From contig NZ_CP074694.1 in NCBI RefSeq assembly GCF_018398935.1, forward strand, positions 2,610,001 through 2,642,000: a stretch of 32,000 nucleotides of DNA, read 5' to 3'. Each line of letters begins with the position of its first letter. Within the stretch, counting starts at the first letter, position 1. The position numbers and the translations under genes were made by a program. Below, in pieces: positions 9,820-17,735 of the stretch. The DNA comes from Telmatocola sphagniphila. Lineage in GTDB: Bacteria > Planctomycetota > Planctomycetia > Gemmatales > Gemmataceae. The notes beneath the pieces are model-generated. The model did no database searches. It had not been told where the DNA came from and saw only the letters and a list, made by a program, of their open reading frames with translations.

Positions 9820-9951
9820 ATAAATTTACCTGCTTTAAGGGTAGCCCGCACTTCGGCGAGATAGGCATAATAATACGCTCCATCCTTATATTGCATATAA
9901 AACTGAGTGAGTGCTTTCAATCTTTCCTTTTGGGAAAAAATCGCACGAATG
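9816..9951 (-). pseudogene. 3' stub of an unknown gene, 5'-truncated at repeat copy A
   Basis: The reverse-strand frame reads ...ADIRAIFSQKERLKALTQFYMQYKDGAYYYAYLAEVRATLKAGKFI*. It has no start codon and is open up to the junction at 9952. Its stop overlaps the next gene's ATG. Confidence 0.3.
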
Positions 9952-10055
9952 TCCGCTCCAGAATTCCCTGGAATTCGGCAAAACACCCTTCAAAATGCCA
10001 AAATCCCTACAGCTTTAATTCGGCTACAAATGCGACCAGAATTCGGTTCGGGACA
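9952..10055. repeat. Solo right-terminal 104 bp of the 676-bp rve-type element (copy A)
   Basis: Aligns by eye with 20544-20647 (3 mismatches, last ~80 nt identical) and with 15964-16067. Homology stops sharply at 9952 and 10055. Confidence 0.85.
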
Positions 10056-10234
10056 AGTTGCCATCAATAAGGCCCCGTGGCGGCGGAAACATTAGGAGAG
10101 AGAAAGCCTCCTACGTGCCAAACAATACCCGGCTTTCCGCTCCACCATTGCTGGAAAACGAAAGCGGGGTCAGACTGACGGCTTCTCATAGGAGGAAGAT
10201 GGCTCCATGCAAAGGATTCGGTTGGAAGCCTTAG

Positions 10235-10598
10235 GGTAACACAACGATCAAGGTGGGAGTTAGCAGAACGGTAAGCCTCGAATTGATCGTGGGTCAGCAA
10301 GCTTCGGCAGCCTGGATGGTCAAACTTCAGAATCGAGCCTCTGAAGCTTTACAGCCCTCCTATCGGGAATTGCAACAGGCCTTGCCTGGGCAAGCGGTGG
10401 TTCATGGCGACGAATCTCTCACAAAAGAAGGCTCAATCAAGACTTTGACCTGAACTTTTGTAGCGTGTTGATTCACTCTGTTCGCCTATCGGACTAGTCT
10501 CAAGGCCGAAGTAGTTAGCGAGTTTCACGGCCTAAAGCACTCGGGCATCCTGAATAGCGATCGCGTCAAATTGTACTGGGCTTTTTAACACCTGTAGC
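10235..10598 (+). pseudogene. IS66-family transposase fragment
   Basis: The frame reads ...GVSRTVSLELIVGQQASAAWMVKLQNRASEALQPSYRELQQALPGQAVVHGDESLTKEGSIKTLT*TFVAC*FTLFAYRTSLKAEVVSEFHGLKHSGILNSDR.... This follows the IS66 pattern (L.P.Y..L, H.DET, WLW.F, D.Y) with two in-frame TGA stops. Only a few hundred bp of the gene are present. Confidence 0.6.
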
Positions 10599-10839
10599 GA
10601 TGCTTGGCCTATCTGATCCACAATTTTTTGAGTCTGATTGATCGATCTTGCTCGTCGTCGAAACGGTTAGTCCTTCATATACGTAGGACTGGTTTACTTC
10701 AGCTTTAAACACATGACATGAGAGAGGTTTTGAAACGGGCTCTTGATATTTAATTTCATAAAGAATCTTTTGCTTTCCAAACACTTCTGAGGTTTAAACT
10801 ATATTCATCGAGAAGCAACTACTACAAAAACGTTGGATA

Positions 10840-11781
10840 CTATTCAATAGAATCGAGAATTTCTGCACCCGAGCGAGTTGCCAGTGCTGGCAAAATTGAA
10901 TCGGTCGCGTAAGTTAAAAAGTGGACTGATCCGTCGCAAAAAACAAAATTTCCGCCTCCCGGATGCAAGCTCCAGAAATGAAAAGCGTCGCAGTCATTAT
11001 TTAAAGATCCGAATCTAAATGAATAAGGTCCGGGAGAACAATTAGAGTAATGCGGAGTTACTTGCAATTCACGCACACCAAGTACCGAATCACAAGAACC
11101 AGTTGGAGTATTACCTAAAACTTGCCCCCATCCTGCATACCACCATCCTAATGTTTTATCCGCACTCGGGGGTCTTTCTCCCACTGCCAGAGTGTTGCTG
11201 ATTCCATCCGTAATTTCAATCAGCTTTATCGAAGAATCTACAAATAAAACACCGTCCTTCGATATTAAGTTCGTGCCCTCTGATCCCAAGTAGGAAGTGA
11301 GTGCGACACTAAAAATACCAGAATTATATGGCGATTGCGCTTGAAAGTCCGATGGGCAAACGAAAAGAGGCATGTTCTTACTTAAAATCGGGAAGTGTGG
11401 AGGAGTTTCAAAAAAGGAGTTCTGTTGAAAAGCAGCCAAGGCTTGAAGCCACAAACTATTCTGATCTACATAAGGCAGCAATCGAGTCATCCAGGTTATA
11501 GATAACTGAGGCGCTTTGCCGTTTTGGTAGGCCACTCCCATTGGTAACCAGCCATAGCTAAGTTCATATTGTTGGAGAGCTAAACCGATTTGTCTAAGAT
11601 TATTTCCACATCTGGTGCGAGCGGCAGCTGCTCGCACATTCTGAACAGCCGCCAAAACGAGTGAGATAGATATGCTTATTATAGAAATGACAACTAACAG
11701 TTCGATCATTGAGTAGGCGGAGCAATTATTTTTTGAATATTTTGGAGAAGAGATTTCAATTGCTTTTCTAATAATTAACAT
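10840..11781 (-). CDS. DUF1559 / H-X9-DG protein with prepilin-type N-terminal methylation motif
   Basis: N-terminus ...YSMIELLVVISIISISISLVLAAVQNVRAAAARTRCGNNLRQIGLALQQY. C-terminal HPGGGNFVFCDGSVHFL. Unlike core genes, its codon usage is AT-rich. Confidence 0.85.
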   Translation of the reverse strand: MLIIRKAIEISSPKYSKNNCSAYSMIELLVVISIISISISLVLAAVQNVRAAAARTRCGNNLRQIGLALQQYELSYGWLPMGVAYQNGKAPQLSITWMTRLLPYVDQNSLWLQALAAFQQNSFFETPPHFPILSKNMPLFVCPSDFQAQSPYNSGIFSVALTSYLGSEGTNLISKDGVLFVDSSIKLIEITDGISNTLAVGERPPSADKTLGWWYAGWGQVLGNTPTGSCDSVLGVRELQVTPHYSNCSPGPYSFRFGSLNNDCDAFHFWSLHPGGGNFVFCDGSVHFLTYATDSILPALATRSGAEILDSIE

Positions 11782-12714
11782 TTTGATTTCTCAATTCGGT
11801 ATTTTTAAGAAGGTTTATAAACTATTGCACAGGAATTACGCAAGGTACAAGAGCGCCAACAATTCTGAATATGTTAGTGTAAACGGAGAAAATATTCCGA
11901 GAATATGTTGTTTGCCTCTCATGAATTTGCGATATATCGTCTTAAAAAGCGTACAATTGTTCTGGATATCTACTTTGCCGAAGAAGCAAAACAAAACAGC
12001 CAAACAGTACGAGTTTTTCAAAGTCGATTCTTGGAGTAGATACTGAATTTTTTAATTATTTCGAAGTATCGCAAAAAGCATCTACACGTCGCGATCATCT
12101 TCGCATTAAAATATTTTTTCTTGGAAGCGAACACTTCCTCGTAAGCTTCCAACGACTACAGAATATCTACTCGGCTCAAACCCGAATAGTCCAGCGTCCA
12201 CTGATCAGTCGGAATTACCGAGAAATTCGAAAAAGAACGACTATCGCTGGCATGCAATCCATTCAGAGTTGCCGATCAAGCTCACCCGAAAATAGTCCCC
12301 TAGAGGAATCGATAGACGACGCAGTCCGCATATAGAACTGGCATCACTTCTCGATCCACATATCGAAATCTGCTTAAGCAAATAACGAATTTTACTTTTT
12401 GATAGAAAGAATGGCCAAGAGACTCCGAAAAGTAGGAAGTTCCACTGCAAAAATGTGAATCGAAGCCTTATAATTTCCCACGCCAATAAAACGTCCTCGA
12501 AAGAGGATGAAATTCGCAATTTGGACTGAGGTCGCAACATATCATAACAAGTGCAACTATTCTGCAAACTGATAACTCCGTGTCAACACCGATAGAAAAA
12601 GGCCTGATAATACCCATGAATAAAATCGGTCAAAATATAACTGCAAAGTCCACTCCGAAATATTGGCCAACACAAAATAAATAACATAGATCCGATTGCT
12701 ATAATATAAAACAA

Positions 12715-13770
12715 TCATGTCGCTTTACGGAACTTTGATGCAAGCAGCAGTAAAAAACCAGTCAGAACAAAGACCGCACTAATTATGATTACCCATCGAT
12801 ACCATGGAGTACTGTTAGATTTTGATTCCGACAATTGATTCACAAAAGGCGATTCCTGACTTGCTATTTTCCGAGCAGCCTCGGGTATATTGAATGCTTT
12901 CAAGGTAAAATCACTGTCAGTTGGAATTTTGGCTTGAGCTAAAAATTCAAATTTATATATCCCCTCTGAATTATATGATTTGTCATCACTAATTATGCTC
13001 TCTTTGATTTCTTTCAGTAAAGGGTATCCATCGAAATTTTTCTCATAGGTGAAAACTCTTTTGATAGTTGAGATGCCGTCCTTTCCGTTTCTTGCCTCAA
13101 TTGTAGCATTCGTGATCACCCACCAATTTTTGGGATCTAGAGTTAGTGTACATCGTTCGATAGATCGCATTCGCGCGGGACGTTTATCTCCGATAATTTC
13201 TAGGGAGAATTCAACAATACCTTTCGTCATATTAAATTGAGATATCTTGCAGCAGGGATGATCCACGAGTCTGAGCAAATTCATTGAATCCATAGAGATC
13301 GGTGCGAAAATGCTCTCCGACTCGATCTGATCTTTTACAGTTATCCAATTATTGCTTTCGCGCTGCAGAATTTCGGAATACTCGCTGATTGATGTCAATG
13401 CCCATCCATTTTTATCATGTACTTGCTTTGCACTAAACATATATTCAGGATTAAAAACTCTAACTTCTTTCGGCTTCTTGAAAACATCCGATCCTTGAAC
13501 ACTAGGATCGGTCTGTTCTAACAGTATACAGCGATCGTTTGATCGTACGGTACCAATGTTGACAGAAGAATACACAATCTTTCCATTTTCATGTGACGTG
13601 TACTCAGAGCGAATTTTATATGACCACAATCGTGCGGCACTAGCGTAAAGTGCCCATGATTTCTTGGCTGTTTCTATTAATGACTGTGAATTCTGAGCCG
13701 CGATTTTCTCATTAAAAACATAAACCTGGCTCATAAATAAGAGAGTAATCACGCATGGCAGGGCTCTCAT
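12715..13770 (-). CDS. Hypothetical exported protein with N-terminal signal peptide and C-terminal TM anchor
   Basis: 351-aa ORF. Leader MRALPCVITLLFMSQVYVF. C-terminal WYRWVIIISAVFVLTGFLLLLASKFRK. AT-rich; family not recognised. Confidence 0.65.
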   Translation of the reverse strand: MRALPCVITLLFMSQVYVFNEKIAAQNSQSLIETAKKSWALYASAARLWSYKIRSEYTSHENGKIVYSSVNIGTVRSNDRCILLEQTDPSVQGSDVFKKPKEVRVFNPEYMFSAKQVHDKNGWALTSISEYSEILQRESNNWITVKDQIESESIFAPISMDSMNLLRLVDHPCCKISQFNMTKGIVEFSLEIIGDKRPARMRSIERCTLTLDPKNWWVITNATIEARNGKDGISTIKRVFTYEKNFDGYPLLKEIKESIISDDKSYNSEGIYKFEFLAQAKIPTDSDFTLKAFNIPEAARKIASQESPFVNQLSESKSNSTPWYRWVIIISAVFVLTGFLLLLASKFRKAT

Positions 13771-13940
13771 ATCAGACTCCCAAAGAAACTTGAAACCTAC
13801 TGATGATTGGAGAAGAGATTTTGATAGTACTCAAAGCACAATTAAATTCATGCTGTTTATGCATGAATAAACAGATTAATATTGTGAATCAATTCTACAA
13901 TCTAATACTGAAAGCACGTGATGATTCCTGAAAGCTGCGA

Positions 13941-14044
13941 GGTAATCATTCACCCCGTTGAACTGAAACTTCCAATTTTTCTTAGAGGCTCTAACAAAAC
14001 CTCAATTTGTCTATAGAATACCGCTACAAAAGGGGTTTTGTTAC
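13941..14044. repeat. Composite intergenic motif: a 25-nt box, a 22-nt box and a 10-bp-stem hairpin
   Basis: The box ggtaatcattcaccccgttgaactg (13941-13965) recurs at 18844-18868 (23/25). The box cttagaggctctaacaaaacct (13981-14002) recurs at 17618-17639 (20/22). taacaaaacc (13992-14001) pairs perfectly with ggttttgtta (14034-14043). Confidence 0.6.
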
Positions 14045-14165
14045 AGACTCTTATTTAATGACCCAAACTCGCTGTTCTAACTAAGAGCCAGCAACCTGGG
14101 AAGGATGACGGACTCCGCAGAATGCAAAGACCAGTTCAGCGGAGTGACGTTTTACCTGCCTCGAA

Positions 14166-14435
14166 TTACCTGCAGCCGCAACTTGCACCTAGATTTGTAC
14201 AGTTGCAATTACAATTTGAAGGAAAACAAGGGGCCGTTCCAGCACAACCACGACCACATGGCGGTACTCCAGATGCACACCCACTATCACAATTCGCTAC
14301 CGGCGGAGTTGCAATACTTGAACACGGACATTGGGGAGCAGGCGCAGCAACGAGCATTTTGTCGCCTGCGGCCATAATAACAAAGCCACTTAGCAGAATT
14401 CCAGTAAATAAAAACATTCTCGCCAAATTACTCAT
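14166..14435 (-). CDS. Secreted or membrane-anchored 12-cysteine mini-protein
   Basis: 89 aa. Hydrophobic leader MSNLARMFLFTGILLSGFVIMAAG, then 12 Cys arranged as CPC, CDSGC, CGRGC, CFPSNCNCNC and CGC. A strong GAGGTG lies 5 nt upstream of the ATG. The ATG overlaps the stop of the upstream gene (ATGA at 14432-14435). Confidence 0.6.
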   Translation of the reverse strand: MSNLARMFLFTGILLSGFVIMAAGDKMLVAAPAPQCPCSSIATPPVANCDSGCASGVPPCGRGCAGTAPCFPSNCNCNCTNLGASCGCR

Positions 14436-15346
14436 TTGTCCACCTCATTAAAGTGTGCCGGATTTTCCGACAAAACACCGATCAAAGTGATCGGCAATTC
14501 CCAAACGATTGTACCAGAATCATTTGACACCCAAAAAGCTGCCTCTTGCTTCACAAAAATTCCTTCAGGATTCTTGAGATGAAGTCTGACTCGCAACTTT
14601 ACTTCTTGCAGAGGCTTGATATCAATCGGACAATCTTGCAAAATATCGAAGTTGCATGCCGATGTTCCTCCATAAATACGGACTGTTTCTGAACTCCAGT
14701 TCACAGCTTCGGCATTATGTTCCAACCATTCATCCATCTGACCTATCCCGAGATTTACTTTTGATTGTCGCAGAACAACCTGGTCTCCTCTGATCTTCGC
14801 TTTAATATTTTGGCCAAATTGAGTGCTTTCACACAAAATTGCAAGCGTAATTCCAAATATAATAACCAACGCAAATGGGATAGCCTGTTTGCACTTTATA
14901 TTATAGACATCTTTCAGAGCAGGCCGAATTTTCAATAGAAGCAATAATGCCGCAACATCTACAGTAAACATAATCCAAGGATTTACTTGCAATAATCCCA
15001 AGCAACCGCACGAGGCAAATCCAGATAATGCAAGTACAAAACCAGTAATCGCAAATCCCAAAAATGTTAAAAAAGAAAACAGCCACGGAACGAGAGAATT
15101 TTTTCCTAAAACGAGCCAAATTCCCAAAATGATTTCCCAATCCACAATAAGCAGCGATAGACGGGGGTCGCTGCTCAGGTAATTCAAATTGAATTTTCCA
15201 ATTGCAATTGCGTAGCCCTTTAGGATTGCCGAACAAATCAACAACCCTCCCAAAAAAATAAAAATGATTGATTTCAAAATAGGCCCTCGGAACGAGTCGA
15301 TTTTCCGATTTCTTTTAATATATCGAACAGCATACTGATTTTGCAA
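14432..15346 (-). CDS. MauE/DoxX-like redox-associated membrane protein with a C-terminal DUF1573-like beta domain
   Basis: Four to five TM helices. The motif GFASCGCLGLLQVNPW...DV matches the MauE-type CGCFG signature. The soluble C-terminal ~130 aa has an Ig-like character. The start is uncertain: TTG at 15346 lacks an RBS, while TTG at 15277 has GAGGG 6 nt upstream. Confidence 0.7.
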   Translation of the reverse strand: MQNQYAVRYIKRNRKIDSFRGPILKSIIFIFLGGLLICSAILKGYAIAIGKFNLNYLSSDPRLSLLIVDWEIILGIWLVLGKNSLVPWLFSFLTFLGFAITGFVLALSGFASCGCLGLLQVNPWIMFTVDVAALLLLLKIRPALKDVYNIKCKQAIPFALVIIFGITLAILCESTQFGQNIKAKIRGDQVVLRQSKVNLGIGQMDEWLEHNAEAVNWSSETVRIYGGTSACNFDILQDCPIDIKPLQEVKLRVRLHLKNPEGIFVKQEAAFWVSNDSGTIVWELPITLIGVLSENPAHFNEVDK

Positions 15347-15391
15347 GTCAATTTTGAAAATAGTTTCTAGTACTCACTGGATAAACAAAGT

Positions 15392-16067
15392 TGTACCCCT
15401 CACGTAATATTTGCCGTTTTATGCGATTTAATTCCTAGAGGAATTGGCCCTCTCTTGAACAAAAGATCGCCGTGATCGACGAGAGCACGGCGTAAAGCAA
15501 TTCGATCCATACGGCGGCTTCCTGCTCGAGCAACACTCCCGAAGGAGATTTTCCTTCCTCCTCCATAGCTCGGTTCCGATGGATTTCAACAAGCTCTCGG
15601 AACTGAGCGCGAGATTCTGTCGTGACTCTCTCCCGACTTTTCCAAAGCGTCTCGGGAGTAGGACCCAGACCTCCTCTCGGTCGAGCCAAGGCATTGGCTT
15701 CCCGTCGAGCCGCCTCCACATCCTCAGCGTTCCACACTTCCGGATGGCCTTCCCAGGCAGCTCTACGTTCGATTCGACTTTTCAAAGATCCTATGCCCGC
15801 TTCGATCGCACCGTTATATTGTGGCCTCCTCGGCAGAGAGTACAAGCCGAACACGCCTTCTCGCTGCAAAAATTCTTGGACCACTTCGGCAATAAACGGC
15901 GAACGGCAGCGCCTCGTGCCGGACTACGCCGGCCCATCGCAACACCCCGGTCTCGGTCATCAGACCGCTCCAATATTCCCCGGTATTCGGCAAAACACCC
16001 TTCAAAATACCAAAATCCCTACAGCTTTAATTCGGCTACAAATGCGACCAGAATTCGGCGAGGGACA
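15392..16067 (-). mobile_element. 676-bp non-autonomous rve-type element, copy B (decayed transposase)
   Basis: Direct repeat of 19972-20647, with about 20 mismatches/indels by eye. Termini are TGTA...GACA. Reverse-strand frames encode ...LPNTGEYWSG...PFIAEVVQEFLQREGVFGLYSLPRRPQYNGAIEAGIGSLK..., an integrase-core-like P..PQ.NG..E region. The reading is split between frames and too short for a full transposase. Confidence 0.85.
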
Positions 16068-16229
16068 GTTGAGCCAGGAACCGACAAATTCTTTGTTCTC
16101 TCTTTTGGCCGACTTTTTACTCGCCGCCGGTTTTTCCTGCATATCCTGCGTCGGCTTGGGTTTTTCCGGGGACTTGGTTTTTCCCGACGCGTCATTCAAC
16201 GCTTTCTGCAACCCTTGCATCTTTGACAT
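16002..16229 (-). pseudogene. parG-like (basic tail plus start of a ribbon-helix-helix) partition adaptor gene, truncated by copy B
   Basis: MSKMQGLQKALNDASGKTKSPEKPKPTQDMQEKPAASKKSAKRENKEFVGSWLN is native sequence down to 16068. The remaining 21 codons and the stop are supplied by the repeat element. It lies immediately 3' of parA, and the start overlaps the parA end. Confidence 0.45.
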
Positions 16230-16866
16230 GTTGATTTCTCACCTTGTTGAATTGTTGACAAATAAACTTGTAAAGGCTGCGAACTTCTTCGGAAGCCTTG
16301 CAATCGGGCTCTTCTTCAGAAGGCGTTGAGCCGATATCCGTCGAAGTGGCATAGATATCCAGACGGCTCCAATGCACTGGAGAAACAGGGAGATCATAGG
16401 CGTCCGCCATCATCTTTTTGAGCTTTTCGGCCTGGACCGAGGCCGCTGGATGCAACTTGTTGATCAGTAGCCAGGTCGGTTTATCCCCGGCCATGCGAAT
16501 CAGATCCCGCATCGCCGGAAGAGTATCGAAATGGAACATCTGAGGTTCGACCGGCAAAATCACCAGATCGGCGGCGCGAACAGTCTCCATGGCCGCCGTA
16601 TCGTTGTGACCTGGGGAATCGATCACCACGAAATCAGCCCCATGCTGGCGAGCGGTTTCGAGGGTCTGTTTGATCCGTGACTGCAGTGTCCCGACTACCG
16701 CGACGTTTTCGACTTTGCGACGATCCCGCCATTTGGCGGCGTTCGCCTGTTGATCAATATCCAGAATGACAGCCGCTTTGCGGTTTTGGGCCGCAGCGGC
16801 TGCCAAACAGAGGCTGACAGTCGTTTTGCCACCGCCACCTTTTTGTCCGATAACTCCGATGATCAT
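16192..16866 (-). CDS. parA: ParA-family partition ATPase (plasmid/ICE type Ib-like)
   Basis: With the ATG at 16866 the protein starts MIIGVIGQKGGGGKTT, the deviant Walker A KGGxxK[ST]. Also present: VILDIDQQANA, FVVIDSPG, ADLVILPVEP. The track's TTG start at 16905 would place the box array inside the coding region. Confidence 0.9.
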   Translation of the reverse strand: MIIGVIGQKGGGGKTTVSLCLAAAAAQNRKAAVILDIDQQANAAKWRDRRKVENVAVVGTLQSRIKQTLETARQHGADFVVIDSPGHNDTAAMETVRAADLVILPVEPQMFHFDTLPAMRDLIRMAGDKPTWLLINKLHPAASVQAEKLKKMMADAYDLPVSPVHWSRLDIYATSTDIGSTPSEEEPDCKASEEVRSLYKFICQQFNKVRNQHVKDARVAESVE

Positions 16867-16881
16867 TATAAGGGCAATAAC

Positions 16882-16929
16882 TTGAATAGTTGAATTGTTG
16901 AACAATTGAGAAGTTGACTTAGTGAAGTG
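16882..16929. promoter_or_regulatory. Array of 8-bp-periodic TTGA boxes upstream of parA (putative operator/centromere)
   Basis: TTGA occurs at 16882, 16890, 16898, 16906 and 16914, with GTGA at 16922, an exact 8-bp register. The 13-mer gttgaattgttga (16889-16901) recurs exactly at 16246-16258, just upstream of the parG-like start. Confidence 0.5.
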
Positions 16930-17063
16930 CTAATTTATCTGTTTTTCATTGTCAAGATTTTTCAGCTACACAAATCAGATTCGAAAACGTAGCTGGTCGC
17001 TCAGGGATTATTACTCTGGGTCGACGAGTAAGTCTCCCGAAACTCCACGAAAGAAACCAGAAT

Positions 17064-17471
17064 ATGAACGAGCCTAAAAACCTGATGGAAAGGCTGGATA
17101 CTCGTCGCAGTACACCCAAAGAGCCCGAAGAAGAGTCCGAAGAGGACTTTGGATCGTTTGGATATTTACGGGGGATCAAGGAGCGGAGTATCATGCTGGA
17201 ATTCCGATTCCTGAACGGTAACACAGAAGCTATGCCGTATCATTCACTGGAGAGGCTCGTCTATAACCCTTCAGAAGGGCTCTTACTTCAGTTTCATGAC
17301 GGAAAGATTCGCTTAAAAGGTCAAAAATTCAACACAGTTCAATCAAACGGCATCGTGTTCCTGCAAGCACTTCTGCGGAATCGCATCACCTGGGTTCAAG
17401 AGTCGGATGAGCTCAAAGCCAAGATTCTCGACCCAAATAGAGTGATATTTTCGAAGATAGAGATTGGCTAA
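17064..17471 (+). CDS. Hypothetical protein divergent from parA (acidic N-terminus, conserved-looking core)
   Basis: 135-aa ORF with core-like GC. GYLRGIKERSIMLEFRFLNGNTEAMPYHSLERLVYNPSEGLLLQF...IRLKGQKF...LLRNRITWVQE. I faintly remember this pattern from ParA-adjacent genes on integrative/conjugative elements, but the family name is not recalled. Confidence 0.6.
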   Translation: MNEPKNLMERLDTRRSTPKEPEEESEEDFGSFGYLRGIKERSIMLEFRFLNGNTEAMPYHSLERLVYNPSEGLLLQFHDGKIRLKGQKFNTVQSNGIVFLQALLRNRITWVQESDELKAKILDPNRVIFSKIEIG

Positions 17472-17735
17472 CTTGCATGTTTTGGGTTAATGGATGGCCT
17501 CAAGCTCAAGATTCTGAAATTAGATCCACCAAACTTCGGGCTCGTTTTGACTCGAGCTCTGTGCTTGAAAAAGACCGCCGCGAGTGTATCAGAGTCTGAA
17601 CCAGTTTGCAATAATGTCTTAGAATCTCTAACAAAACCTAGCTTTGCGGAGAGAATCAATTGAAATATTATGGTTTTGGTGGGATCTCAAAACCGTTGAG
17701 AAAATGTCATCTCCGTTGAAGAAAATGAAATGTTG

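Noticed and set aside
10566-10784. 72-aa reverse-strand ORF downstream of the DUF1559 gene
   Set aside because: It has a GTG start without an RBS, no signal or motif, and its 3' end overlaps the IS66 fragment. Probably spurious or a remnant.
12241-12567. 108-aa reverse-strand ORF in the 11.8-12.7 kb gap
   Set aside because: Neighbouring frames are full of stops and there is no RBS. The region looks like decayed sequence rather than a gene.
14105-14451. 90- and 109-aa + strand ORFs opposite the Cys-rich peptide gene
   Set aside because: They have no RBS, signal or motif. The reverse-strand frame has a strong SD, an ATGA coupling and a clear leader-plus-Cys architecture. This should still be settled by comparative or Ribo-seq data.
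15579-16329. 215- and 235-aa + strand ORFs across copy B (and 179 aa at 20160..20699 across copy C)
   Set aside because: They are Arg/Ser/Pro-rich frames antisense to the integrase-core remnant, and they run through the element boundary into unrelated sequence.
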